A DNA stretch of 64,000 nt from an uncultured Chloroflexia bacterium (GCA_963713285.1 CAVQLA010000010.1:7658-71657), one strand, 5' to 3'. Positions 1 through 10,369 are shown, numbered from the stretch's first letter. Notes: generated by a model not told the origin, from the sequence alone. A program made the numbers and translations.

Positions 1-402
1 CTCCAGGCTGTCGACAAGGCGGTGGGGCCGCCGGCGGACGACAATCGGATCACGTCGGTGGTCATCTACAAGGCCGACCGGAACGGCGTCGAGGTCACCG
101 GCGTCTCCAACACCTGGCGCCGAACAGGCTCCTACACGACGCCCGATGGTTCGTGCACGGTGCCGTACACGCGGCAAACGAACGGCTACCCAGAGGGCTT
201 CTCGGGTGGCGTTCCCGTGCGCTGCAACTGGCTCGGCGGATGCGATGGGCGGCCACTGGACACCATCGGCGTCCGGGTGGAGTACAGCCACCAGTGGGTG
301 ACCCCGCTCGGCGGCTTCGGCGCCAACGGGTTCGGCGGCCAGGGGGGGTCGGGCTTCGAGCTGACCCAGTCGAACTCAATGCGGATGGAGCCGATCCTGT
401 GA
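1..402 (+). CDS. TadE/TadG-family pseudopilin, C-terminal part (5' end outside window)
   Basis: Frame open from base 1. IYKAD...DTIGVRVEYSH...MRMEP resembles the downstream TadE paralog (IYKAD...DSIGVSLNYTY...MAMNP). Stop overlaps the next GTG (GTGA at 399-402). Confidence 0.7.
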   Translation, partial: LQAVDKAVGPPADDNRITSVVIYKADRNGVEVTGVSNTWRRTGSYTTPDGSCTVPYTRQTNGYPEGFSGGVPVRCNWLGGCDGRPLDTIGVRVEYSHQWVTPLGGFGANGFGGQGGSGFELTQSNSMRMEPIL

Positions 403-1016
403 TCCGACGACGATCGCGCGAGGGCGAGCGGGGCCAGGGCCTCGTGGAGTTCTCGCTCCTGGTTCCCGCGTTCACCCTCCTGCTGCTCGCGATGCTCGAG
501 TTCGGCTTCGTGTTCGACCACCTGCTGACGATCCAGTACGCCTCGCGCGAAGGCGCGCGCGTGGGTTCGGCGCTTGTCACTGGCGGCGGTGCGCTCAACG
601 ATTGCACGGTCGGGGGGCCGTGGACAGACGTCGATCCGCTCATCATCGCGGCCGTCACTCGCGTCCTTGACTCCCCGGGGTCGAGGGTCAACATGGCCGA
701 GATCCCGACGATCCGCATCTACAAGGCCGACGTCAACGGCGACCAGATTGGCGGCAGCGTCAACGTCTGGACGTACACCCCGGGCGCCGGCCCGTTCGTC
801 GATGGGCGCCGGCTCGACTACTCCCAGGGCTCGGTGGGGTGGGCGGCATGCCGGCGCTCCAACGGGTCCCCACCGGATTCCATCGGCGTCTCGCTCAACT
901 ACACCTACCGCATGCAGACCGCCCTGGGCAGCGTCATGGGCTTCTTCGGCGGCAGCGGCCCGGCGACGATCCCGGTGTCCGACCGGACTGTCATGGCCAT
1001 GAACCCGACGGACTGA
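399..1016 (+). CDS. TadE-like pseudopilin
   Basis: Prepilin-type N-terminus ERGQGLVEFSLLVP, hydrophobic helix, then ASREGAR, typical of TadE domains. Confidence 0.85.
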   Translation: MIRRRSREGERGQGLVEFSLLVPAFTLLLLAMLEFGFVFDHLLTIQYASREGARVGSALVTGGGALNDCTVGGPWTDVDPLIIAAVTRVLDSPGSRVNMAEIPTIRIYKADVNGDQIGGSVNVWTYTPGAGPFVDGRRLDYSQGSVGWAACRRSNGSPPDSIGVSLNYTYRMQTALGSVMGFFGGSGPATIPVSDRTVMAMNPTD

Positions 1017-1019
1017 GCG

Positions 1020-3260
1020 ATGACAACCCGGTGGCATCACCTCCGTCGAGGCCCGCAGACGGTGCGCCCGGCCACCTCCGGCGCCGCATCGCGCACGCGC
1101 TCCGAGCGCGGCCAGGTCCTCGTCATCTTCGCGGGCGGCATCGTCCTGTTCATGCTGCTGCTGGCCGTGGTCCTCGACGTCTCCTGGTACTGGGCCAACA
1201 CGCTTCGGGTCCAGCGCGCCGCCGACGCCGCGGCCCTCGCCGGCGCCGTCTACCTCCCGGGCAACCGCACGACGGCCTACGCCAGCGCCCGGGCCGAGGC
1301 CCAGAAGAACGGCTACACCAACGGCGCCAACGCCACGGTGACCCCGATCCAGGACGGCGTGAACCCGCGCCAGCTGAACGTCGAGGTCTCGGCCAACGTC
1401 AACACCTACTTCATGCGGGTCATCGGGATCTCCACGATCCGCGCCACGCGGGCTTCGAAGGCCGAATACGTCCTGCCGGTGCCCATGGGCAGCCCCCAGA
1501 ACTACTACGGCGTGGGCTTCTTCCAGGGCGTGCAACCGGGGACGACCAGCACCGTCGGCGGGGCGACCGAGGACACGGGAGAGGTCCCCGGCGGACGGGC
1601 GACCGGCAACGACGGCGGCGGCTGGGCAGGAGAGGGCAATGCGTATGGCAACGACAACGCCTACACCACTGAGGGCACGAACGGCGACCGCTCCATCTGG
1701 CGCGGCTTCGACCTCCTCGGCGGCACCCGGCCGATCCCCAACGACGCCACGCTGCAGATCCGCGGGATCCAGGTCTTCCTCACCGACGCCTCCCTGACGG
1801 GGTCCGGCACGGCCACCAACTGCAGGGTGGACGTGGAAGCATCGTGGAACGCCGGCTCGAGCTGGTCCTCGGTCCGCCAGACGGACCCGCTCGGCACGAA
1901 CGCGGACGACGACCGGACGGTCGGAACGGCGATTGACGTGGCGTCGTGGGGAACCCACACCTGGACGAGGGACGACCTCAGCGACGCCAACTTCCGGGTC
2001 CGGCTGACCTGGCGCGACGGGACCTCCGGATGCGCCGACACGCGGTCGGTCCAGGTGGACCTGCTCGAGGTGCGCGTCCACTACACGACGTCGGTCACGA
2101 CGCCTACGACATACCCGGTCCTCTCCGTGCCCGACCCGGCCGGGGGGACGCTCCCCACCCAGGGATTCTGGGGTGCGATCTTCACCTCCGGCGGCGTCCG
2201 GGAGAACGGCGACCGCTACGCGCCCCTCTACATCGGCGGCAACAACCCGCCCGACGGGACGAACGGCGGCCCGAACCCGGACTACGACCCCAACGGGTAC
2301 GACTACACCGTCGAGGTCGGCAGCGGGGGCGAGGTCCGACTCTTCGACCCGATCTTCTGCGCCACCGGGCGCAACCTGAGCGGAGGCTGGTTCGGGACCG
2401 GCGACCACTGGACGAACGACGGAACCGGCGGCGGCGAGAACGTCGGACCCGTGTCCGTCCGCTTCCGCCTCTACAACACGAACGGGACCCCGTACACCGG
2501 GTCCGACGACACGCAGGTCGGCAGCGACTGGACCCACGACCCGGGCACGGCCACCCTGGGGGACTTCTCGGGCAACTTCAGCCGTTCGAGCTCGCCCCCC
2601 CAGAACAGCACCAACGCCAACCGGCAGGATTGCGCGAACAACCCGGCTCACAACCAGTGGGTCCTGCCGACCGGCTGGACCAACCTCACCGCCGGCACGT
2701 ACCGGGTGAACGTCAACACCAACCTCGGTCAGAACGCGACCTTCGGCGCGGAGAATCTCTTCTCCATCTGGGTCACCGGCAGCGGGCGGGCGCGGGTCTA
2801 CGGCGGGGGCCGGATGGCGGCGTACACGAACCTCGACGACACGGGCGTCGGCGGCGCCCAGCGCTTCTACTTCTCGCAGATCGAGCCGGTCCACGCCGGG
2901 AAGACGATGGTCATCACCCTCTTCGACCCCGGCGAGGCAAGCGCGCCGTCGTACCTGCAATTCCTCTCGCCCGAGAGGAACACCTACGACTACGCCCGGT
3001 TCGACTGGTCGTCCAACGACGGGCGTTCGGGCACGAACGTCACCGAGATCCAGACGTCGGACGGGTCCTCGTTCTTCAACAACCGGATCCTGACGATCGA
3101 GATCGCGCTGCCGACGGACTACGGCACGGGCGGCCTCGATCCCAACGGCCTCGGCGAGGACGGCTGGTGGCTCGTCGAGTACGACGTCCGGGCCGGCAAC
3201 GACACGACCACGTGGGAAGTCGAGATCCGCGGCAACCCGGTCCACCTCAAGGTCCCGTGA
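1020..3260 (+). CDS. Large TadG-like (Tad domain) pilus-associated protein, putative tip adhesin, 746 aa
   Basis: ERGQVLVIFAGG + TM + 'LRVQRAADAAALAGA' Tad motif, then a G/N/T/D-rich beta-rich extracellular region. Confidence 0.8.
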   Translation: MTTRWHHLRRGPQTVRPATSGAASRTRSERGQVLVIFAGGIVLFMLLLAVVLDVSWYWANTLRVQRAADAAALAGAVYLPGNRTTAYASARAEAQKNGYTNGANATVTPIQDGVNPRQLNVEVSANVNTYFMRVIGISTIRATRASKAEYVLPVPMGSPQNYYGVGFFQGVQPGTTSTVGGATEDTGEVPGGRATGNDGGGWAGEGNAYGNDNAYTTEGTNGDRSIWRGFDLLGGTRPIPNDATLQIRGIQVFLTDASLTGSGTATNCRVDVEASWNAGSSWSSVRQTDPLGTNADDDRTVGTAIDVASWGTHTWTRDDLSDANFRVRLTWRDGTSGCADTRSVQVDLLEVRVHYTTSVTTPTTYPVLSVPDPAGGTLPTQGFWGAIFTSGGVRENGDRYAPLYIGGNNPPDGTNGGPNPDYDPNGYDYTVEVGSGGEVRLFDPIFCATGRNLSGGWFGTGDHWTNDGTGGGENVGPVSVRFRLYNTNGTPYTGSDDTQVGSDWTHDPGTATLGDFSGNFSRSSSPPQNSTNANRQDCANNPAHNQWVLPTGWTNLTAGTYRVNVNTNLGQNATFGAENLFSIWVTGSGRARVYGGGRMAAYTNLDDTGVGGAQRFYFSQIEPVHAGKTMVITLFDPGEASAPSYLQFLSPERNTYDYARFDWSSNDGRSGTNVTEIQTSDGSSFFNNRILTIEIALPTDYGTGGLDPNGLGEDGWWLVEYDVRAGNDTTTWEVEIRGNPVHLKVP

Positions 3261-5592
3261 TGAGGTCTCGCCCGATGCCCTTGCCCGACACCGCCTCCGC
3301 CTCCGCGTCGCGTCGCCGCGCCGAGCGCGGCCAGGTCATCGTGATGTTCGCGGGTGGCATCGTCCTGTTCATGCTTCTGCTCGCCGTGGTCCTCGACGTC
3401 TCCTGGTACTGGGCCAACACCCTGCGGGTCCAGCGTGCCGCCGACGCCGCCGCGCTCGCCGGCGCGGTCTATCTCCCGGGCGATCCGACGACCGCGTTCG
3501 CCACCGCCCGCGCCGAGGCGCGCAAGAACGGCTACACCCACGGCTCGAACGGCGTCGTTGTCACGCCGGTCCAGGATCTCAACAACCCGAGGCAGCTCAA
3601 CGTGACGCTGTCCGCACCCGTCAACACCTACTTCATGCGGGTCATCGGGATCTCGTCGATCGACGCCGGACGGGCGTCCAAGGCCGAGTACGTCCTGCCG
3701 GTCCCCATGGGCAGCCCGCAGAACTACTACGGCGTCGGCTTCCTCCGCGATGGGATCGAGACGACGTCGACGAGCACAAGCCATGTAGACCAGGACACCG
3801 GCTGGGGTCGGGTCGCGACCGACGCGCCGGCCGGGGGACAGTGGGTGAACAGCACCGGGACGGGCTACACCATCGTGTCCGTCGTCCGGAACACGGGCAA
3901 TGGCTATGCCTATGCGACGACGAACGGGGAGCAGCAGCGCTGGGGGACGTTCGGCCTCGCGACCACGCTCGGGACGTCGCCGATCCCCTACCCTGCCGCC
4001 AACCAGTCGGTCACGATCCAGGGTCTCGAGGTTCGGCTCCAGAACGCGTTCCTGAGCGCGAGCTGCTCCAACTCCCGGATCGGCGTCGAGCTGTCGTGGG
4101 ACGGCGGGACGAGCTGGACGACGGCCGTGGCGACGCCCAACCTCGGGACGACCACGACGACCGACTACACGCTCCCGTCGACGGGTGGCTCGACATCGAC
4201 CACGGCCTGGGGGGCCCACAATTGGGTCCGCGCCGACTTCACCGACGCGAACTTCCAGGTCCGGTTGACCGCGAACAAGGGCTGCGCCACCAGCTCGACG
4301 CGGCTGCGTGTCGACATGCTGGAGGTGCGGGTCTACTACCGGCTCTTCACCACGACCACGACCACCACGACGACCATCGAGGACGTCACGTCGTGTCGCC
4401 GTACGGCGGCGTCCTTGCACCCCAGAACTTCTGGGGATCCATGCAGTCGCAGGGCGCCCCTAACATCCAGGGCGACGCCTACATGACCAAGTACCAGTCG
4501 CGCTCGGGGCTGCCCCTGAATCCGGACTACGGCTGGCAGGACTACTACAACTACGCCGTGGAGATGCCGCCGGGCGCGACCGGCGGCGAGGTCTGGATCT
4601 TCGACCCGGGCCTCTGCGACGCGACGACGTCGGCCGGCACCGGCGAAAGCTGGACCGTTGGAGGCTCCAACGGGTACGCGACGCGCGAGGCCGCGAGCGC
4701 CTTCTTCGACCTCTACGACACGCAGGAGACCCTCTACAACACCGACGACGACGGCGCGCCGGTCGCGAGCTCGGACACCGCGTTTCGGCGGCTGTCCTAT
4801 GAGGACCACGGCATCTTCGATGCCCTGAGCCGGACCACGAATGTCGGCGACTGCTCGGACCTCGCCTGGCATTACGACGCCAACGACTGGCAGAGCGGCA
4901 CGCCGACGGCGCCGCGGCGCGGCTGGTACCTCCTCGCCAACGGCCTGACCGGAGGAGCGGACGGCCGCACGTATCGCCTCCACACGTACTCGACGGATCC
5001 CGGCAGCCTCAACGACCAGAACAACACGACGGCCCTGAATGCCTTTGCGATCTACTCCACCGCCACAGATGGCACGCCCCGCGTCTACGGCCTCGGCTCG
5101 ATGGAGGCGTACGTTCGCCTTCCCGGCGGGATTGCGTCGGAGTTCTACCTGGCCCAGATCGACGCGGTGCATGCCGGGAAGACGATGGTGGTCCGGCTCT
5201 GGGATCCGGGCGACACGGGGGCCCTCTCGGCGTCGCTCGAGATCCTCCAGCCGGGCGCGACCAACTACACGCCCGCCACGTTCAGCTACACCGCGGCGCG
5301 TGGGACCAGCGACGGCGCCGCCTCGAGCTGCGACTCCCGCAGCGGAACTGGAACCGCCGTGGTCACGAACACCGGCGGGACCAGCCTCTTCAACGGCTGC
5401 TGGCTCGAGATGGAGATCGTCATTCCGTCCACCTACACCGCCCCGCACCCCAGCTCGGACGCGACGACGGCCGAGGGCGGCTGGTGGAAGATCCGCTACT
5501 CGATGGGCGGCAGCTCCACCAGCTACAGCACCGACCTCACCACCTGGGAGGTCCAGATCCGGGGTAACCCGGTGCACCTCAAGGTTCCCTGA
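3260..5592 (+). CDS. Second large TadG-like paralog, split by a 1-nt frameshift near 4389
   Basis: ATG 3260 overlaps the previous stop; ERGQVIVMFAGG...QRAADAAALAGA. Similarity to paralog 1 follows the 1946..4486 frame to IEDV, then the 3841..5592 frame (VVSPYGG...QNFWG...TTWEVQIRGNPVHLKVP). Confidence 0.75.
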
Positions 5593-5615
5593 CCTTCCGG
5601 CCGCTCGCGGATCCT

Positions 5616-5650
5616 GCGCCCGGTCGCCTCGGCGGCCGGGCGCTTCTCAT
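5616..5650 (+). terminator. GC-rich hairpin after the Tad cluster
   Basis: GCGCCCGGTCGCC-TC-GGCGGCCGGGCGC followed by TTCTCAT; weak U tract. Confidence 0.45.
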
Positions 5651-5688
5651 CGCGGCCGGGCGCTTCTCATTGCGGCCGGGCGTACTCT
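5632..5688. repeat. 20-bp tandem repeat, about 2.7 copies
   Basis: GCGGCCGGGCGCTTCTCAT(C/T) x2 plus a partial third copy. Confidence 0.8.
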
Positions 5689-5694
5689 CGGCCT

Positions 5695-6237
5695 GTGACG
5701 ACCGAGCGGGTCTTCGGGGCCGGCACGCTGGCCCTCGTGCAGGGCGACATCACCGCGATCCCCGCCGACGCGATCGGCAATGCCGCCAATGCCGCGCTCG
5801 CGGGCGGCGGCGGGGTCGACGGTGCGATCCACGCGGCGGGAGGCCCCGCGATCCTGGCCGAGCTCCGCGCGCGATACCCGCACGGCACGTCGACCGGCAG
5901 CGCCGTCGCGACCGGCGCCGGCCGACTGCCGGCGCGCTGGGTCGTCCACGCCGTCGGCCCGGCCTGGCGGGGCGGCATCCGCGACGAGGCCCGCCTCCTC
6001 GCGGATGCCTACCGGGCGTCGGTACGGGTGGCCGCCGATCTCGGCGCGCGCACGCTGACCCTGCCCGCCATCAGCGCGGGGATCTACGGCTACCCGCTCG
6101 CGGAGGCGGCCGCGATCGCGGTGGGCACGGTTGCGGACGAGCTGCGCCGGGGGGCGCCGATCTCGCGCGTCACGTTCGTCCTCTTCTCCCGGGACACGCT
6201 CGCGGCGTTCAAGCGGGCGCTCGCCGCGCTCGGCTGA
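5695..6237 (+). CDS. Macro domain protein (YmdB/MacroD-type O-acetyl-ADP-ribose deacetylase)
   Basis: QGDIT, NAAN..L.GGGGVDGAIH.A.G, VVHAVGP, PAISAGIYGYP motifs. Confidence 0.92.
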   Translation: MTTERVFGAGTLALVQGDITAIPADAIGNAANAALAGGGGVDGAIHAAGGPAILAELRARYPHGTSTGSAVATGAGRLPARWVVHAVGPAWRGGIRDEARLLADAYRASVRVAADLGARTLTLPAISAGIYGYPLAEAAAIAVGTVADELRRGAPISRVTFVLFSRDTLAAFKRALAALG

Positions 6238-6281
6238 CCGGGCCGGCTCCGGCGCGCCGCCAGATCGCGGCCGCGGCGAGC

Positions 6282-6968
6282 CTAGATGGCCGCGCCCGGG
6301 TCGAACGGGACCAGCCGCCCGTCGCGCAGCTCGAAGACGCGGCGGTCGATCGCGTCGTCGGCGTCGCCGGCGTACTCGAGGACGAAGTCGGCGAAAAGCG
6401 GGGCGAACTCGGCGTCATCGGCGGCCAGGCGGCCGGCCACGAGAAGGTGGCGCGACGGGATGCCGACGAGGATGCGGTTGCCGGCGCCCCCGAGCTCGCG
6501 CTCCAGGTGCGCGGTCACGTCCGGCAGCAGGATCCGGCTGGTGTCCCAGCCGTCGCCGGTGTCCGACGAGATCACGCGGCGGTTGTCGGACTCATCCTCG
6601 GACCACGGCGCGGCGGCCGACCACGCGGCGAGGTTCCGGGTGGCGGCGGCGCGCAGCGTCGCCGGCATCACGCCCCAGGCGGCCAGGTGGTCGCCGTTCG
6701 CGATGACACCGAAGCCGCTGGCCGCCATCTGGTACCCGATCAGCAGGCCGGCCGGGCCCGCGTCGACGAGCGGTTCGACGTTGCCGGCCGCGCCCGACGG
6801 TGTCGCCAGCGTCGCCAGGTCGAGCCCGCGCGACCCGGCGGGTCGCAGGACCGGGTACAGCAGGGGCGCCGCCGCATCCCAGTTGTGCTCGGGCGTCAGC
6901 GATAGCGGGCCGGCGGGGTCCGCCGGCGCGGCATCGTGCATGGCTCGCGTGTCGTCAGTCATCGGCAC
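6282..6968 (-). CDS. Hypothetical protein, DUF1444/YtpQ-like
   Basis: YPVLRP..., 'LAAWG...LRAAATRNL', 'DGWDTSRILLP', 'VGIPSRHLL' resemble DUF1444 proteins. Confidence 0.55.
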   Translation of the reverse strand: MPMTDDTRAMHDAAPADPAGPLSLTPEHNWDAAAPLLYPVLRPAGSRGLDLATLATPSGAAGNVEPLVDAGPAGLLIGYQMAASGFGVIANGDHLAAWGVMPATLRAAATRNLAAWSAAAPWSEDESDNRRVISSDTGDGWDTSRILLPDVTAHLERELGGAGNRILVGIPSRHLLVAGRLAADDAEFAPLFADFVLEYAGDADDAIDRRVFELRDGRLVPFDPGAAI

Positions 6969-6971
6969 TCC

Positions 6972-7856
6972 CTAGGATGCGCCATCCGGAGCCGCCGGGG
7001 AAGCCCCTTCCGCACGCCAGCGGGGCTCGCGCCGGTCCAGGAACGCCCGCATGCCCTCCTCCTGGTCGGGCGTCCCGAAGAGCGCCCGGAAGAGGTCGCG
7101 CTCGACGATCAGCCCTTCCGCCAGCGGCGTCTCGAAGGCGGCCCGCACGGCGGCAACGGCGGCCCGGACGGCCTGCGGCGGCTGGGCCGCGACCGCGGCG
7201 GCAAGGTCGAGCGCCGAGGCGAGCGTCTCGGCAGCCGGGACGACGCGGGTGACGAATCCGAGACGCTCGGCCTCGACCGCGTCCACGCGGCGGCCGGTCA
7301 GGACGAGGTCCATGGTCCGGGCCTTCCCGATGGCGCGGGCCAGGCGCTGGGTCCCGCCGGCGCCGGGGATGACGCCGAGGTGGATCTCGGGCTGCCCGAA
7401 CGTCGCCGTATCCGCTGCCACGAGCATGTCGCAGGCGAGCGCCAGCTCGGCGCCACCGCCCAGCGCGTAGCCCCGCACGGCCGCGATCGTCGGCGTGGCC
7501 ACCGCCGCCACCCGGTCCCAGCCGCGGAAGCCCTCGGATGCGGCGAGGCTCTCGGTCGTCTGGGCGGCCAGCTCGGCGACGTCGGCGCCCGCCGCGAAGG
7601 CCCGCGTCCCGGCCCCGGTGATCACGATCGCCCGGCAGGCCGGGTCGGCATCGAGCGCCTCGACGGCCTCGGCGAGACGCTGGAGGAGCTCGAAGCTCAG
7701 GGCGTTGAGGGCGCGCGGCCGGTTCAGGGTCACCAGCGCCACGCCGGCGAGCAGCTCCGGCGGATCGACCGCAGCCCCGTCCGGGCCGACGCGGCGCGCC
7801 GGGTGCTCCACGAGGACCGGCTGGTCGGTCGTCTCGCGGGAAAGCCGCTCGGCCAA
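6972..7856 (-). CDS. Enoyl-CoA hydratase/isomerase (crotonase, PaaF-like)
   Basis: LNRPRALNALS, AFAAGAD, GYALGGGAELALACD, FGQPEIHLGVIPGAGGTQRL; both catalytic Glu present. Confidence 0.93.
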   Translation of the reverse strand: MAERLSRETTDQPVLVEHPARRVGPDGAAVDPPELLAGVALVTLNRPRALNALSFELLQRLAEAVEALDADPACRAIVITGAGTRAFAAGADVAELAAQTTESLAASEGFRGWDRVAAVATPTIAAVRGYALGGGAELALACDMLVAADTATFGQPEIHLGVIPGAGGTQRLARAIGKARTMDLVLTGRRVDAVEAERLGFVTRVVPAAETLASALDLAAAVAAQPPQAVRAAVAAVRAAFETPLAEGLIVERDLFRALFGTPDQEEGMRAFLDRREPRWRAEGASPAAPDGAS

Positions 7857-7924
7857 CGTCCACCCTCCAGGTCGCGCCGCTCCGTCGGCGCCGTCGTCTG
7901 CCAGTATCCACGGCCGGGCTGCGC

Positions 7925-7984
7925 CCGGTCACCCGCCCGCGCGTCGTGCGGCCGCCGGTCACCCGCCCGTGCGTCGCGCCGCCG
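7925..7984. repeat. 30-bp tandem duplication spanning the hydrolase stop codon
   Basis: CCGGTCACCCGCCCG(C/T)GCGTCG(T/C)GC(G/C)GCCG x2. Confidence 0.75.
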
Positions 7985-8762
7985 CCGCCTCCGTGGTCCG
8001 GTAGAAGCCGGTCAGGCCCTCCAGGAACAGTCCCGGGCGCCGGGCCGGGACCTCGTGACCGCAATCCGGCACGACGAAAAGGCGCGCATCCGGGAGCTGC
8101 CGGGCCAGCGCCAGTGCCTGCGCGACCGGCACGACCGGATCGCGATCCCCGACGACCACCAGCGCCGGCGCGTCGGCCCGGCGGAGCTCCGCCGGGCTCG
8201 GCGGCTCCTGGGCCGCCACGAAGTCCACGATCGCGGGCATCAGGCGCCGCCACGCTCCCGGGCCCTGGGCCGGGTCGTGGCGGCGCGCCAGCACCGCCGC
8301 CCACGCCGGGTCCTGGCGCTCGATCCGCCCGACGTCGGCAAGGTGGCGGATGACGCGCGTCCGCGGCTCGCGCTCGGTCGCGGCACCGACCAGGACGAGG
8401 GTGCGGATCCGCTCCGGCCGGCGCATGGTCGCGGCCAGCGCGGTGGCTGCCCCCATCGAGAACCCCACCAGGTGGAAGGCGGCCAGGCCCAGGGCGTCGA
8501 CGAACCCTTCCAGGTCGGCGACGAGGTCGTCGAGCCGGAGGCCGAGCGCCGCGTCGTACGCCGTGCGGCCGTGGCCCCGGGCGTCCGGCAGGTAGCAGGT
8601 GAAGGCCTGCGAAAGGCGCGGCAGCTGGGCGGCGAAGTCCTCGCGCCCCGTCGACGAGGCACCGTGGAGAAGGACCAGCGGCGGCCCGTGCCCCACGGCG
8701 TCGTACCCGACCCGGAGGCCGTTGGCGTCGAGGAAGCGCCGGTCCTTCGCGTCGATCCGCAC
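7959..8762 (-). CDS. Alpha/beta fold hydrolase
   Basis: LLHGA, DARGHGRT, nucleophile motif GFSMG, GDRDP, CGH. GTG start at 8762 chosen from TACACT-N7-GTG. Confidence 0.88.
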   Translation of the reverse strand: MRIDAKDRRFLDANGLRVGYDAVGHGPPLVLLHGASSTGREDFAAQLPRLSQAFTCYLPDARGHGRTAYDAALGLRLDDLVADLEGFVDALGLAAFHLVGFSMGAATALAATMRRPERIRTLVLVGAATEREPRTRVIRHLADVGRIERQDPAWAAVLARRHDPAQGPGAWRRLMPAIVDFVAAQEPPSPAELRRADAPALVVVGDRDPVVPVAQALALARQLPDARLFVVPDCGHEVPARRPGLFLEGLTGFYRTTEAAAARRTGG

Positions 8763-8927
8763 GAGGCGGAGTGTAGGCAGAACGCCTCCGGTGCGGCACC
8801 TGCTCCCAGCACTCTCGGAGGCGAGCGTCGCACGGGTGCCGTCGCCGCCGGGTCGGGTCCGGCGAGATCGTCGCCGCCGCCGACGTGACGGCCGCTGCCC
8901 GCCGGTCGGGACGCTAGAATGCCCGCC

Positions 8928-9710
8928 ATGGCCTCGACCCCCGCCCGCTGGGACCGCGCGTCGACGGTGCCCGCCGCCGACGGACGCCGCGTCCCCGAGA
9001 TCGTCCAGCTCGGCCCGGACCTTCCGGACCTCGCCACGCTGTTCACCTTCGCGCGCGATGCGGAGCTGCGCTTCGCGACGCTGCGTCTTCGCCTGGAGGA
9101 GCGCGTGAGCATCGCCGGCGGGGAGACCCTGCGGATCCACGAGGTTCTCGTGGGACACCCCGGCCGCGCCCGCGTCACGACGATCAAGCCCGAGCTCCCG
9201 GCCACGACGAACCACGACATCTGGCTCAGCGACGGCGCGATGGTCCGGGTCTACCGGTCCGGCCACCGCCTGGGGACCTTCCGGCCGGTGCGCCGCGCGG
9301 TGGTCGGGATCGACGACCGCGACCTGCCGGGCACCGCGCGGCCGTACGTCCCGCTGACGGCGCTCCCCGCGAACACGCTCGCGGACACGTTCGTCCACCC
9401 GGGCGGCTATTGCCAGAACGTCCTGGCCACCGGCACCTGCGGCGTGGCCGGAACGGGGATCGTGGCGGGGCGCGAGGCGCTCTTCGTGACCGTCGACCAC
9501 CCCCGGACGGTGGAGATGGCAGGCGATCGTCCCGACCATCGGCTCCGGGTCGCGTTCGATCGCGAGACCGGGGTCCTGGCCCTCCTGGTCGAGTCGTTCG
9601 GCGACGTCGTCACGCGACGGGTGGAGGCGACGGAGCTGGCGCCGGACACGCCGATCCCCGACAGCGCCTTCTCCGTGGCGATCCCGGCCGACGCCTCGAT
9701 GATCTACTGA
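8928..9710 (+). CDS. Hypothetical protein, LolA/RseB-like beta-sheet fold suspected
   Basis: 'IWLSDG', 'GTGIVAGREA', 'DRETGVL', 'IPDSAFS...P' pattern of LolA-like proteins; TAGAAT-N7-ATG. Confidence 0.5.
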   Translation: MASTPARWDRASTVPAADGRRVPEIVQLGPDLPDLATLFTFARDAELRFATLRLRLEERVSIAGGETLRIHEVLVGHPGRARVTTIKPELPATTNHDIWLSDGAMVRVYRSGHRLGTFRPVRRAVVGIDDRDLPGTARPYVPLTALPANTLADTFVHPGGYCQNVLATGTCGVAGTGIVAGREALFVTVDHPRTVEMAGDRPDHRLRVAFDRETGVLALLVESFGDVVTRRVEATELAPDTPIPDSAFSVAIPADASMIY

Positions 9711-9820
9711 CGGCAGGCTGAGCCCGGCGTCGCCCCCCCCGAGACCCGGCATCGTCCAGCCACGCCGGGTGTCGTCTCGCGCAGCCGGGACACCAGCCGC
9801 ATCCGTGTCAGAATCCCCGC

Positions 9821-10369
9821 ATGTCCGAGCCCTCTCCCCGCCCGCTCCCTGGTCCGGTCGCCGCAGTGGTCGGCGCCGTCCGCGCCCACCCCGCCATCAC
9901 GTTCACGGTCGTCGTCGTGCTGCTTGGCCTGCTGGTGATGCGCCTGATCACGCCGCCCCTCGCCGACGTGCGCGACGCGGAGGTGGGTGACTGCTTCGGC
10001 GGCAACCCCCTGACGATCACCGGGAACGTCCCCGGCGAGGTCAACGTGGTCCCGGGCTACGCGACCGGGATCCAGCGCGTCGTCTGCGCCGAGCCGCACA
10101 TCTGGGAGAGCCTCGGGCTGGCGATGCTCGACGAGCCCGAGGGTGCCCCGTACCCGGTGGACACCATCCAGGCCATGGCCGCGGATGCGTGCGCGGCACG
10201 ATTCGCCCCGTTCGTGGGTCGCCCGCTCGGGGAGTCCGTGCTGTCCGCCACCGCGTTCTACCCCACGCGCGAGGACTGGGAAGCCCGGGACGAGCGCCGG
10301 GTGGCGTGCATGGTGGTCGACCCCTCGGTCCCGACCGTCACGGGCTCGCTCGAGGGCGCCGACCGCTAG
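9821..10369 (+). CDS. Septum formation-family membrane-anchored protein
   Basis: One TM, then VGDC, VVCAEPH..E, YP, C...F..FVG, PT..DW....R.VAC. Confidence 0.75.
   Translation: MSEPSPRPLPGPVAAVVGAVRAHPAITFTVVVVLLGLLVMRLITPPLADVRDAEVGDCFGGNPLTITGNVPGEVNVVPGYATGIQRVVCAEPHIWESLGLAMLDEPEGAPYPVDTIQAMAADACAARFAPFVGRPLGESVLSATAFYPTREDWEARDERRVACMVVDPSVPTVTGSLEGADR

Noticed and set aside
186-5577. Long antisense ORFs over the Tad genes (186..3245, 3119..4420, 4336..5577) and similar shadows elsewhere (9704..12274, 33760..36534, 59947..62856)
   Set aside because: Typical stop-poor shadow frames of high-GC genes; no motifs, and they fully overlap well-supported CDS.
5695-6237. Macro domain as a DarG antitoxin or defence gene
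   Set aside because: Standalone YmdB-type domain with no DarT or other ADP-ribosyltransferase nearby.
7959-9752. 597-aa hydrolase ORF in the track, likewise the extended 22867..25353, 26092..28089, 35145..38111 and 57339..59891 ORFs
   Set aside because: N-terminal extensions overlap other real genes; true starts are downstream (8762, 23754, 27574, 36132, 59148).
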